Positions 20,870 to 29,490 of a DNA stretch of 32,000 nucleotides are shown one piece after another. How positions within the stretch are numbered: position 1 is the first letter of the stretch; every line of letters begins with the position of its first letter. The stretch covers positions 1,980,001-2,012,000 of the forward strand of contig NZ_LN831039.1 in NCBI RefSeq assembly GCF_001457595.1, in the 5' to 3' direction. Made by a program: the position numbers and the translations under genes. Source of the stretch: Mycolicibacterium smegmatis. Lineage in GTDB: Bacteria > Actinomycetota > Actinomycetes > Mycobacteriales > Mycobacteriaceae. The notes under the pieces are model-generated. The model saw only the letters and a list, made by a program, of their open reading frames with translations. It made no database searches and was not told the origin of the DNA.

Positions 20870-21862
20870 ATGACGTACCGACTGACCCAATACGCCCATG
20901 GTGGCGGCTGTGCCTGCAAGATTCCGCCCGGCGAATTGGAGGACGTGGTACGCGGGCTGACCCACGCCGATCCGAAGGATCCGCTCGGTGAGCTGCTCGT
21001 CGGACTCGACGACGGTGATGACGCGGCCGCGGTGCGGATCAACGGCGATACCGCGTTGATCGCGACGACCGACTTCTTCACACCCGTCGTCGACGACGCG
21101 TACGACTGGGGCCGGATCGCGGCGACCAACGCGCTGTCTGACGTCTACGCCATGGGCGGGCGACCGGTGGTGGCGGTGAACCTGCTGGGGTGGCCGCGCG
21201 ATGTGCTGCCGTTCGAGTTGGCCGCCGAGACCCTGCGCGGCGGTCTCGATGTCTGTGCGGCGGCCGGTTGCCATCTCGCGGGCGGACACAGCGTGGACGA
21301 TCCCGAACCCAAGTACGGCCTGGCCGTCACCGGCATCGCCGATCCGAAGCGGTTGTTACGCAACGATTCCGGTAAACCCGGTGTGCCGTTGTCGCTGACG
21401 AAGCCACTCGGCATCGGTGTGCTCAACAGCAGGCACAAGGCCACCGGTGAAGTGTTTCCCCAAGCGATCGAGGCGATGACGACCCTCAACGCCGCGGCCT
21501 CGGCTGCGGCACTCGCCGCCGGTGTCGAATGTGCCACGGATGTCACCGGTTTCGGTCTGCTCGGACATCTGCACAAGCTGGCCCGCGCCAGTGGGGTGAC
21601 GGCGGTGATCGACTCGAAAGCCGTGCCCTATCTGGAAGGGGCCCGCGAGGCGATCGCGGCCGGATTCGTCAGCGGTGGGTCGCGGCGCAACCTCGAGTGG
21701 GTGAGCCCGCACATCGATGTGTCCGAGGTGAAAGAGGACGAGGCGCTGCTGCTCGCCGACGCGCAGACGTCCGGTGGTCTGCTGATCGCAGGCGAGATCC
21801 CGGGCGCCCCGGTGATCGGCGAACTCGTCGCGCGTGGCGATCACACCATTGTGGTGCGGTAA
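20870..21862 (+). CDS. selD: Selenophosphate synthetase (Cys form)
   Basis: MTYRLTQYAHGGGCACKIPPGELEDVV (catalytic Cys), GDDAAAVRINGDTALIATTDFFTPVVDDAYDWGRIAATNALSDVYAMGG; alternative start at 20861. Confidence 0.94.
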   Translation: MTYRLTQYAHGGGCACKIPPGELEDVVRGLTHADPKDPLGELLVGLDDGDDAAAVRINGDTALIATTDFFTPVVDDAYDWGRIAATNALSDVYAMGGRPVVAVNLLGWPRDVLPFELAAETLRGGLDVCAAAGCHLAGGHSVDDPEPKYGLAVTGIADPKRLLRNDSGKPGVPLSLTKPLGIGVLNSRHKATGEVFPQAIEAMTTLNAAASAAALAAGVECATDVTGFGLLGHLHKLARASGVTAVIDSKAVPYLEGAREAIAAGFVSGGSRRNLEWVSPHIDVSEVKEDEALLLADAQTSGGLLIAGEIPGAPVIGELVARGDHTIVVR

Positions 21863-21895
21863 TCGGGACTCGCGCCCGACGCGTTGCGGTCGTCG

Positions 21896-23710
21896 TCAAC
21901 CGACATCGCGGCGTAGCAACTGTGCCAGATACCACGAGTTCGCCGGACCCATGACGCGGTTGCCCTGCACGTAGATCGTCGGGGAGGCGGGCAGCCCGGC
22001 GGCCTGAGCATCGAGGTTGTCGTCCTCTACGCGCGACAGTTGGTTGTTGGTGTTGAGCGACTGTTCGAAGCGGCCCACGTCCAGGTCGACATCGCGGGCA
22101 ATGTCCGTCAGTGCGGCGTCGGGGTCGCCGCCGGGTTTGACGAGGGCGTCGTGCATGTCCCAGAAGCGGCCCTGCTGGGCGGCGGCCTCGAGGGCCAGTG
22201 CGCAGTTCAAGGCCTGGTCGTCGGTGGTGTGATGGCGGAAGACGATCCGCAGGCGGTCGCCGAACTGCTGCCTGACCTCGCGAAGTGCTTCGGCCGTTCT
22301 CGTGCGGTAGTCCTCGTCGATCGCGGCATAGACCACGACGGTGGCCGCCGCGTCGCGGGGCCCGCGCACGTGGTCTCGCTCCATATCCACGTCGCGCTGG
22401 AGGACTCGCCCCGCAGGGGTGGGCAACGGTCGCACGCGGTCGCCGATGCGGAACGTCGCCCATGCCAACAGGAACGCCACCGCGGATGCGATCAAGACAC
22501 CTACGCGGGCCTCGGCCTGCGATCGGTTGTCCCCGAGTGAAATCTTCACCACAAGCAGGGAAATCGTGAACCCCATGCCGGACAACGCGCCGATACCTGC
22601 GATCCTCGGCAGATCGAGGCCAGGCACGCGCGAAGCCGCTGAGAACCGTTCGACGAGAAACGCGGCGGTGGTGATGCCGAGCAGTTTCCCGACGACCAAA
22701 CCGACGACAATGCCCCATGTCAGTCGTGAAGCCGCCGCATCGTGAAACGCTGCACCGGTCAACGCCACCCCGGCATTCGCCAGGGCAAAGATCGGCACCA
22801 CAACGAAATTCACGTACGGCGTCAAAACCTCGGACATCCGTTGATTCAGCGGGACCGAGTAGTCCAAGGTACGACGCACCACTCTTGCGGCCCGTGGATT
22901 GGGTGCTTGACGGAAGAGATGGACAAACCGAGCGACCCGGTCGACGTCTGGCCCGTGTTGTGGATACACCGGCATGAGAAGCGCGACGAGAACACCGGCG
23001 AGGGTCGCGTGGACACCAGATGCGTGGGTCGCGAACCACGTCGCCACTGCGACGACGAAGTACGGCGTCATCCGCCACACACCGACCCGTTGCATCATCC
23101 ACACCACGAACAGGCCCGCGCCCGCCAGCGCCAGTGCGCCGACGTCGAGGTCGGCGGTGTAGAAGACGGCGATCACCGTGAGTGCCCCGATGTCGTCGAG
23201 GACGGCGAGGGTCAGCAGGAATATCCGCAACCGCGGGGCATTGCTCGGGCCGACGAGAGCCAACATGCCGAGCGCGAAGGCCGTGTCGGTCGAGATGACC
23301 GCACCCCATGCCGAAGACGACGGCAGGCCCTGTGTGAACGACAGGAAAATGACCACGGGAACCACCAGTCCGCCGAGCGCACAGCAGGCCGGCAAGATGG
23401 CACGGCGGCGTTGCCGCAACTCGCCGATGGTGAGTTCACGTCGTACGTCCAGGCCGACCGCGAAGAAGAAGACGGTCATCAGACCCTCGTTGACCCACTC
23501 GGCAAGCGGCAAGGTCAGGCCGAGTCGCCCTACCTCGATCGAGGCCGTGGTCTCCCACAACGACGAGTAGGTGGAGCCGATGTTCGCCCAGATGAGCGCC
23601 GACGCGGTGGCTCCCGCGAGCGCGAACGCCGCGTAGGTGTCGTTGTTGAAGAAGCGGTTCAACACCAGACGGTGACGCAGAACGGCTGCGTCGTCCCGGC
23701 TGATGGTCAT
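21896..23710 (-). CDS. nhaA: NhaA-type Na+/H+ antiporter fused to a C-terminal DsbA/thioredoxin-like domain (CxxC absent)
   Basis: WVNEGLMTVFFFAVGLDVRRELTIGELR, STDTAFALGMLALVG, LAVLDDIGALTVIA; C-terminal DHVRGPRDAAATVVVYAAIDEDYRTRT...GRFWDMHDAL...GLPASPTIYVQGNRV. Confidence 0.9.
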   Translation of the reverse strand: MTISRDDAAVLRHRLVLNRFFNNDTYAAFALAGATASALIWANIGSTYSSLWETTASIEVGRLGLTLPLAEWVNEGLMTVFFFAVGLDVRRELTIGELRQRRRAILPACCALGGLVVPVVIFLSFTQGLPSSSAWGAVISTDTAFALGMLALVGPSNAPRLRIFLLTLAVLDDIGALTVIAVFYTADLDVGALALAGAGLFVVWMMQRVGVWRMTPYFVVAVATWFATHASGVHATLAGVLVALLMPVYPQHGPDVDRVARFVHLFRQAPNPRAARVVRRTLDYSVPLNQRMSEVLTPYVNFVVVPIFALANAGVALTGAAFHDAAASRLTWGIVVGLVVGKLLGITTAAFLVERFSAASRVPGLDLPRIAGIGALSGMGFTISLLVVKISLGDNRSQAEARVGVLIASAVAFLLAWATFRIGDRVRPLPTPAGRVLQRDVDMERDHVRGPRDAAATVVVYAAIDEDYRTRTAEALREVRQQFGDRLRIVFRHHTTDDQALNCALALEAAAQQGRFWDMHDALVKPGGDPDAALTDIARDVDLDVGRFEQSLNTNNQLSRVEDDNLDAQAAGLPASPTIYVQGNRVMGPANSWYLAQLLRRDVG

Positions 23711-23900
23711 CGCCGCACCCTCCGATGGTGAACAGGCTGGGTCGCAAAGCGTGCCTGGCATGGATGGGTGATCCGGACCGCCGAGGTGCGCCGCCGTATG
23801 AGGCCACCGGATACCCGCGTGGTTGCGCCCGAAACGTCTGATTGGCGACGTTCCCCACCCGGTGCGCCCGATAGGATCGCCACAGATCGAGGGGGTGCGC

Positions 23901-25100
23901 ATGGCTGACGACGCGGTCATCGATGAGTTGGCTGCGGCTGTCGTACGCAGCCCCGAGTTGACCGAGCTTCGGCTGCACCTGGCCGCGTTGTTGGTCGAGC
24001 GTGGACGCTACGCCGAGGCGCTGGCCCATTGCAGCACCGTCCTGGCGCAGGATGCCGGTAACAGCCGCGCCGTGGACCTTCTACAGACATGCAGCGCAGC
24101 GTTGTCGTCGACACCCCGTCCCGAGCGGTTCGACTGGTCGGCAGCCGAGGAGCAGGTTGCCGATATCGTCAAGCCCGCGTTCGTCGAAGAGCCTGCGCAG
24201 GTGGTCGATGAAAACGATTTCGACGCCGTGCGGTCCAGCGGTGTGCGACTGTCGGACGTCGCTGGGATGGCCGATGTGAAGAGGCAGCTCGAGCTGTCGC
24301 TGCTCGGGCCCATCCGCAATCCCGAACTGATGAAGGCCTTCAAGATGTCGGCCCGTGGCGGCCTGCTGCTCTACGGTCCGCCCGGCTGCGGCAAGACCTA
24401 CATCGCGAAGGCCGTGTCGGGCGAGCTTGGCGCGAACTTCTATCAAGTGGGCATCGCCGACGTGCTCAGTCGGTGGCTCGGCGAGAGCGAACGTGCGGTC
24501 CGCGCGGTGTTCGACACTGCACGTCGTAAGGCGCCGTGCGTGCTGTTCTTCGACGAGGTCGACGCCCTGGGGCATCGTCGCTCGGCTCTCGGCGGCAGTT
24601 CCGGGTTGCGTCCGGTGGTGAACACGCTGCTGGAGGAGATGGATTCGGCCGCGTCGAGCAATGACGGTGTCTACGTTCTCGGTGCCACGAATGCACCGTG
24701 GGATGTCGACGTCGCACTGCGGCGGCCGGGCCGGTTCGACCGGATGATCTTCGTGCCGCTGCCGGATCCTGATGCGCGGGCGGCGATCGTGCGTCTGCAT
24801 CTGCAAGATCGTCCGGTGGAGGGCATCAACCTGGCCACCGTCCTCAATCGCACGGACGGTTTCTCCGGGGCAGATCTCGCTCATATCTGCGACACCGCAA
24901 CGCAATTGGCCATGTCGCACTCGTTGCGCACAGGCCAGGTCCGACCGGTGCAGATGCACGACATCGATGCCGCCCTGGCGCAGATCCGCCCATCGGCCGG
25001 CGCGTGGTTCGACACCGCCCGCAACGTGGTGGAATTCGGCAACCGTGACGGCGCCTTCGATGATCTCGCGAACTACATGCGGCGCAGGAGGATCCGATGA
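23901..25100 (+). CDS. AAA+ ATPase with short TPR-like N-terminal region
   Basis: Walker A GPPGCGKT, Walker B CVLFFDEVDAL, ALRRPGRFDRMIFVPLPDPDAR second-region motif; N-terminal LRLHLAALLVERGRYAEALAHCSTVLAQDAGN. Confidence 0.9.
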   Translation: MADDAVIDELAAAVVRSPELTELRLHLAALLVERGRYAEALAHCSTVLAQDAGNSRAVDLLQTCSAALSSTPRPERFDWSAAEEQVADIVKPAFVEEPAQVVDENDFDAVRSSGVRLSDVAGMADVKRQLELSLLGPIRNPELMKAFKMSARGGLLLYGPPGCGKTYIAKAVSGELGANFYQVGIADVLSRWLGESERAVRAVFDTARRKAPCVLFFDEVDALGHRRSALGGSSGLRPVVNTLLEEMDSAASSNDGVYVLGATNAPWDVDVALRRPGRFDRMIFVPLPDPDARAAIVRLHLQDRPVEGINLATVLNRTDGFSGADLAHICDTATQLAMSHSLRTGQVRPVQMHDIDAALAQIRPSAGAWFDTARNVVEFGNRDGAFDDLANYMRRRRIR

Positions 25101-26119
25101 CATCGACAACTGGCGGCGCCAGGGATGTCGCGCAGGCGTACTTCGATTCCGGCAACTACATGCGCGCCGAAGAAGTCCTGAGGTCGGCGCTTGCCCAAGA
25201 CCCGGACAACCCGGAACTGCTCGCGGGCTACGCTCAGGCCCGGCTCGGACTCAACGATTACCAAGGGGCGGCCTGGGCGGCGCATTCCGCAATAACGAAA
25301 GCCCCGACCAACGAGCATGCCAAGCGCATCTACGCGTTCGCCTTGAGCGGTCAGGGACGCAACGCCGACGCTCTACAGGTCGCGTGGAAGTCCGTCACCG
25401 AGCATCCGGACGTCTATATCGCCCATTACGCGTACGCGAACCTGTTGTTGTCTGCCGGGCAGGCACAGCAGGCGTTGACAGCGATCAACGAGGCATTGCG
25501 GCTGAATCCCACGGCCCCTGACTCATGGGTGCTGCGTGGTGACATCTACCGGGCCCTGAACTGGATGGCCCCAGCCGAGGCCGACTATCGCGAGGCGCTG
25601 CGATTGCAGCCCGACAACGCCGCTGCGGTGAACAATATGGCGGTCAACCAGCTCCAACGCGGAGATACCCGCGCTGCGATCGGTGGTTTCATCGGTGCCG
25701 GCCGACTCGACCCCGGGGTGGGGGAGTTGGTCCGCTACAACATCGGCGCGGCCTTGACGAGGTGGTTGCGGCTGGCGAACACGTGCGTGATCTTCTTGTT
25801 CGCGGCAGCCGTCGTTGTGATGGCGCTGCACGACGAAGGCCGGCCGACGGTCATCCCGAGGATCATCGCGGGGTTGATCACTGTCGGGTTCGTCGCTGTC
25901 CTCGTGTGGATCCTTCGTCGGGTGCCGACGCCCGCCTTGCGTGCCGTTGTCGGACAACGAAAGATGCTCGCGGTCCGGATGCTGTTTCTGGTTTTCGCGG
26001 TGATCGCCGGTCTCGGCATTTCGCTGCTGGGGCCGAATGTGGTGACCAGCACGCTTGCGGGACTGTTGTTGCCCGGCGTGATCCTGATGACGCTGATCCG
26101 GTGGTTCACCAGACACTGA
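25097..26119 (+). CDS. TPR-repeat protein with C-terminal transmembrane segments
   Basis: ATGA overlap with the AAA+ gene; repeated 34-aa TPR patterns (AQAYFDSGNYMRAEEVLRSALAQDPDNPEL..., EALRLNPTAPDSWVLRGDIYRAL...), then several hydrophobic segments. Confidence 0.87.
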   Translation: MTSTTGGARDVAQAYFDSGNYMRAEEVLRSALAQDPDNPELLAGYAQARLGLNDYQGAAWAAHSAITKAPTNEHAKRIYAFALSGQGRNADALQVAWKSVTEHPDVYIAHYAYANLLLSAGQAQQALTAINEALRLNPTAPDSWVLRGDIYRALNWMAPAEADYREALRLQPDNAAAVNNMAVNQLQRGDTRAAIGGFIGAGRLDPGVGELVRYNIGAALTRWLRLANTCVIFLFAAAVVVMALHDEGRPTVIPRIIAGLITVGFVAVLVWILRRVPTPALRAVVGQRKMLAVRMLFLVFAVIAGLGISLLGPNVVTSTLAGLLLPGVILMTLIRWFTRH

Positions 26120-26144
26120 CGGTCACAACGTCATTCGTCGTCGC

Positions 26145-26414
26145 TCACACCTCTTCGACGTGCTCGTCGCGCAACGCCCACCCCAGCAGATAACCCAGGG
26201 CGTAGCCGAGCACAGGAAAACCGAACAGCGGCAGGGAACTCACCGCGCCGACGGTGGCCGGCACGAATTGTCCGCGCACGATCGAGTTCCCGCGTCGACC
26301 GTCGCTGATACCTGCGATGAACAGACCGCCACTCAGCAGAGTCGTGCCTACCACGATGGGCGCGGCCCACCCGCCGAGGTACGCGCCAAGGGCAATCTGG
26401 CGAGTCCCCGATAC
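26145..26414 (-). pseudogene. 3' fragment of membrane-protein gene interrupted by an IS3-family element
   Basis: VSGTRQIALGAYLGGWAAPIVVGTTLLSGGLFIAG...; joins in frame across the IS to ...FAALIWRVPTD at 27663. Confidence 0.6.
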
Positions 26415-26456
26415 TGAGTCCACCCGGTTCTGGAGTCGGGTTGGTGTGATCCAGTT

Positions 26457-27290
26457 TCAGTTGATGCTGCAGGCCACCGGTGTGTGGGTGCAGCTGCAGA
26501 CGGCAGCGTACTCGGCCGGCGTGCGGTAGCCCAGCGCCGAGTGTCGGTGTCGGTGGTTGTGCTCGTCTTTGAAGTCGCCGATGACCACCCGGGCCTCGAG
26601 CAGGGTGTTCCAGTGGTTGCGGTTCAGGCACTCCTTGCGCAGTCGGTTGTTGAACGATTCGATGTGTCCGTTGTTCCACGGCGTCCCTGGCGGAATATAG
26701 GACATACCGATCCTTCCGTCGCAAAACTGTTGCAGTGCTTGAGAAATGAATTCCGGCCCGTTGTCCATCCGCAGCACCCTCGGCGGCCCACCCGCCGCGA
26801 CGAACACCTTCTTCAACTCCTCAACGAGTCGGTCGGCGGTGATCGAGCGTTCGACGATGTTGAGCAGCGAGACGCGGGTGTGTTCGTCGATCATCGAGGC
26901 GATCTTGATGGCCTTGCCGTCGATGGTGGAATCGAACTGGAAGTCGATCGCCCACACCACGTTCGGGGCGTCGGCCTCGATCGGCGGGATGGAGGACACC
27001 CCGGCCCGCTTACGCGGACTGTGCACCCGCACCTGCAGGCCCTCCTCGCGCCACAGCCGGTGGATCTTCTTCTTGTTGACCTCACGGCGTTCGTCGTAGC
27101 GCAGCGCTGCCCAGGCACGTCGGAACCCATGGCAGGGGTGTTTGGTGGCGTAGGAACGCAGCCAGCCCCGCATCTCAGCATCGGGATCAGCGGGGGTCTC
27201 CGCCAGAGGGAGGCGACGGCAGGTGGAGCGGGCCAGCCCAACGGCTTTGCAGGCCAGCCGTTCCGACATGCCCATCGTGGTGGTGAGCAT
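26457..27290 (-). CDS. IS3-family transposase OrfB (DDE integrase core)
   Basis: PNVVWAIDFQFDSTIDGKAIKIASMIDEHTR, LRMDNGPEFIS, GTPWNNGHIESFNNRLRKECLN; likely expressed as OrfAB fusion by -1 frameshift. Confidence 0.95.
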   Translation of the reverse strand: MLTTTMGMSERLACKAVGLARSTCRRLPLAETPADPDAEMRGWLRSYATKHPCHGFRRAWAALRYDERREVNKKKIHRLWREEGLQVRVHSPRKRAGVSSIPPIEADAPNVVWAIDFQFDSTIDGKAIKIASMIDEHTRVSLLNIVERSITADRLVEELKKVFVAAGGPPRVLRMDNGPEFISQALQQFCDGRIGMSYIPPGTPWNNGHIESFNNRLRKECLNRNHWNTLLEARVVIGDFKDEHNHRHRHSALGYRTPAEYAAVCSCTHTPVACSIN

Positions 27291-27319
27291 GTCGACGGCG
27301 CGGCGCTTGGCAGCTGGGC

Positions 27320-27601
27320 TCAGAATTTTCCCTTCGCGACCTCCCGCAGGGCGTCTTTGACCAGCTCGGCCTCGGCGAGCAGTCGCTTGAGTCGGGCGTT
27401 CTGCTCGCGCAGTTCCTTGAGTTCTTTGGCGGCGTCGGTGTCCATGCCGCCGTAGGAGCGGCGCCAGTTGTACAGCGTCGCGGGCGAGACCTCGAGTTCG
27501 GCGGCGATTTCCTCGCCGGTCTTGCCTTCCGCGGTCAGTTCGTCCGCACGGCGCAGTTTGCGCACGATGTCTTCTGCAGAGTGCCGCTTCCGACCAGCCA
27601 T
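27320..27601 (-). CDS. IS3-family transposase OrfA (HTH + coiled coil)
   Basis: MAGRKRHSAEDIVRKLRRADELTAEGKTGEEIAAELEVSPATLYNWRRSYGGMD...LKELREQNARLKRLLAEAELVKDAL. Confidence 0.95.
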   Translation of the reverse strand: MAGRKRHSAEDIVRKLRRADELTAEGKTGEEIAAELEVSPATLYNWRRSYGGMDTDAAKELKELREQNARLKRLLAEAELVKDALREVAKGKF

Positions 27602-27662
27602 ACGTTCATCGTCCCTTCTCGCCCGACATCGGGCTACAGGACTCTAGAACTGGTTGGACTCA

Positions 27663-27948
27663 ATCAGTGGGAACACGCCAAATCAACGCGGCAAAAACGG
27701 TCATCAGCCACCAGAACTTCGGGGCCGTCATGCTGCCGTAGCCGTTCTCGACTGTCATCACTTGGCGCAGTGGTCGATCGGTGTCGCCGTCGGAGTCTTC
27801 CGGCAGATCCCTCGGTTCGTAAGTCCCCAAGCTGATCACGCGCCCGCCGACCACCAGGTACGGGGTGCGGACGAAGGCATAGAACACCGGGATGATCACC
27901 ACGATCGGAATCAGCCACACAACGGTGTCCCAGCCGCGGAACGGAATT
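27663..27948 (-). pseudogene. 5'/middle fragment of the same membrane-protein gene, trapped between two IS elements
   Basis: IPFRGWDTVVWLIPIVVIIPVFYAFVRTPYLVVGGRVISLGTYEPRDLPEDSDGD...APKFWWLMTVFAALIWRVPTD, ends exactly at IS boundary. Confidence 0.55.
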
Positions 27949-27975
27949 TGTCAAGGTGTTTGAGTCCAGTGGGTG

Positions 27976-28989
27976 TTAAGCGGCTTCCGTTTCGGTCTCC
28001 TGTTCGGCCGGTTTGGGTGGGTTGATCGCCGCGGATTCAGGTAGGTCGATGACCTTGGGTGCGGTGTCGCGGCCGAATCGGCGTGGGTGGCGCGCCCTGG
28101 CGTCGGCGAGCACGGCTCGGCGCTGGGTGTCTTTCCCGCCGGCGAGGCCGTAGAACACATCGGCGGGTGTGTGCAGCCCGATGCCGCTGTGGCGGTGTTC
28201 ATGGTTGTACCACTGCACGAATCGGTCCATGAAATCCCTCGCGTGATGGATGGATTCGAAGCGTTCCGGGAACGCCGGCGCATACTTCAAGGTCTTGAAC
28301 CAGGACTCGCTGTAGGGGTTGTCGTTGGATACCTTGGGCCGCGAATGCGAGCGGATGACGCCCAGATCCGAGAGCAGTCCGGCGACGGTGTTGCTGGTCA
28401 TCGAGGTGCCCCGATCAGTGTGCACGACGTGTGGGATGCCGTAGGTGCCGAAGATCTGTTCCATCATCTCCTTGGCCAGCTGGCCGCATTCGCGGGCGTG
28501 CACATGGACCCCGACGATGTAACGCGAGTAAATGTCGATCATCACGTAGGCGTCGTAGTAGACCCCTTTGACCGGGCCGGCCAGTTTGGTGATGTCCCAC
28601 GAATACACCTGCCGCGGCGCGGTGGCCACCAGTTCCGGGCAGACCGCTTTGCGGTGCCGGGCCAGCCGACGGCGCTCCTTGACCAGCTTGTTGGCATTGA
28701 GGACGCGGTACATCGTCGACACCGAACACAGGTAGCTGCCTTCATCGAGCAACGTGGCCCACACCTGCATCGGCGCGGCATCGACGAACCGGGCACTGTT
28801 GAGCACCTCAACCACCCGGGTGCATTCGGACTCGGTGAGCTTGTTGACCGGGACCGGTCGTGGTGCCCGATCGGCAGGCGCCGGCGCGGGTTTGGCGCGT
28901 CGAGTGGCCGTCGAGCGGTGCATGCCGGTCACCTCCGCGGCCTTGCGGGTCGGAATCTGGATATCCCGCAGATCGTTGTAGGCATCCAT
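27976..28989 (-). CDS. IS3-family transposase OrfB
   Basis: RQVYSWDITKLAGPVKGVYYDAYVMIDIYSRYIVG, VHTDRGTSMTSNTVAGLLSDLGVIRSHSRPKVSNDNPYSESWFKTLKY, HEHRHSGIGLHTPADVF. Confidence 0.95.
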   Translation of the reverse strand: MDAYNDLRDIQIPTRKAAEVTGMHRSTATRRAKPAPAPADRAPRPVPVNKLTESECTRVVEVLNSARFVDAAPMQVWATLLDEGSYLCSVSTMYRVLNANKLVKERRRLARHRKAVCPELVATAPRQVYSWDITKLAGPVKGVYYDAYVMIDIYSRYIVGVHVHARECGQLAKEMMEQIFGTYGIPHVVHTDRGTSMTSNTVAGLLSDLGVIRSHSRPKVSNDNPYSESWFKTLKYAPAFPERFESIHHARDFMDRFVQWYNHEHRHSGIGLHTPADVFYGLAGGKDTQRRAVLADARARHPRRFGRDTAPKVIDLPESAAINPPKPAEQETETEAA

Positions 28990-29417
28990 CAGCGCTTGGT
29001 CGGCGGCGTGTCGGTGTCCGCGCTCTCGGAGAGAGACTCCAAGAGCGCGTGTGCTTTTCCCATGATCCCCAGGGCAGCCTCGGTGGTCGCCAGCCGATTA
29101 TTGGCCTGGGCGAGTTCCTTTTTCAGGCGGGCGATCTCGGCCTGCTCGCGGGTGAGTTTACCGACCTTCTCCCCAGGTGCCTTGCCTTCCAACACCCCAG
29201 CATCGCGTTGTTTGCGCCACTCGGCGATCTGCGAGGAATACAACCCCTCACCGCGCAGGTACGCCCCACCATCGTTGGTCGTACAGGCCTGCTCATAGGC
29301 ATCCAGGTGGGCCAGCTTCTGCGCCGGAGAAATCGAGCGCCGCCGGCGCGGGCCATCAGATCGCGGTGAAGGTGCCACCGCTCCAGTCTCGCGCACAGCA
29401 GCCATCGTCGTCGTCAT
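28989..29417 (-). CDS. IS3-family transposase OrfA
   Basis: SPAQKLAHLDAYEQACTTNDGGAYLRGEGLYSSQIAEWRKQRDAG...; stop overlaps OrfB start (TGATG). Confidence 0.9.
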   Translation of the reverse strand: MTTTMAAVRETGAVAPSPRSDGPRRRRSISPAQKLAHLDAYEQACTTNDGGAYLRGEGLYSSQIAEWRKQRDAGVLEGKAPGEKVGKLTREQAEIARLKKELAQANNRLATTEAALGIMGKAHALLESLSESADTDTPPTKR

Positions 29418-29454
29418 GGTTCAGGTGATTCCGTTCTCGCCCCGAGATCAAGCC

Positions 29455-29490
29455 AAGTTGCCAAGTTGCTAAGTTGCTAAGTTGCTAAGT
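29455..29490. repeat. 8-bp tandem repeat, 4.5 copies, AAGTTGCY
   Basis: AAGTTGCC-AAGTTGCT-AAGTTGCT-AAGTTGCT-AAGT just inside the right IR of the second IS. Confidence 0.95.

Larger units (their letters stand above)
26415..27662 (-). mobile_element. IS3-family (IS407-group-like) insertion sequence, about 1248 bp
   Basis: OrfA/OrfB transposase on minus strand; imperfect 26-bp terminal inverted repeats TGAGTCCACCCGGTTCTGGAGTCGGG (left) / TGAGTCCAACCAGTTCTAGAGTCCTG (right, reverse complement). Confidence 0.88.

Noticed and set aside
23711-23920. N-terminal extension of NhaA overlapping the AAA+ start
   Set aside because: Extension lacks NhaA-like sequence; MTISRDDAAVLRHRLVLNRF at 23710 is a natural start and leaves a divergent promoter region.
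26131-26724. 197-aa minus-strand ORF crossing the left IS end
   Set aside because: Different frame from both the transposase and the membrane fragment; composition looks non-coding.
29455-29490. CRISPR-like array
   Set aside because: Units are 8 bp contiguous with no spacers; no cas genes anywhere in the window.
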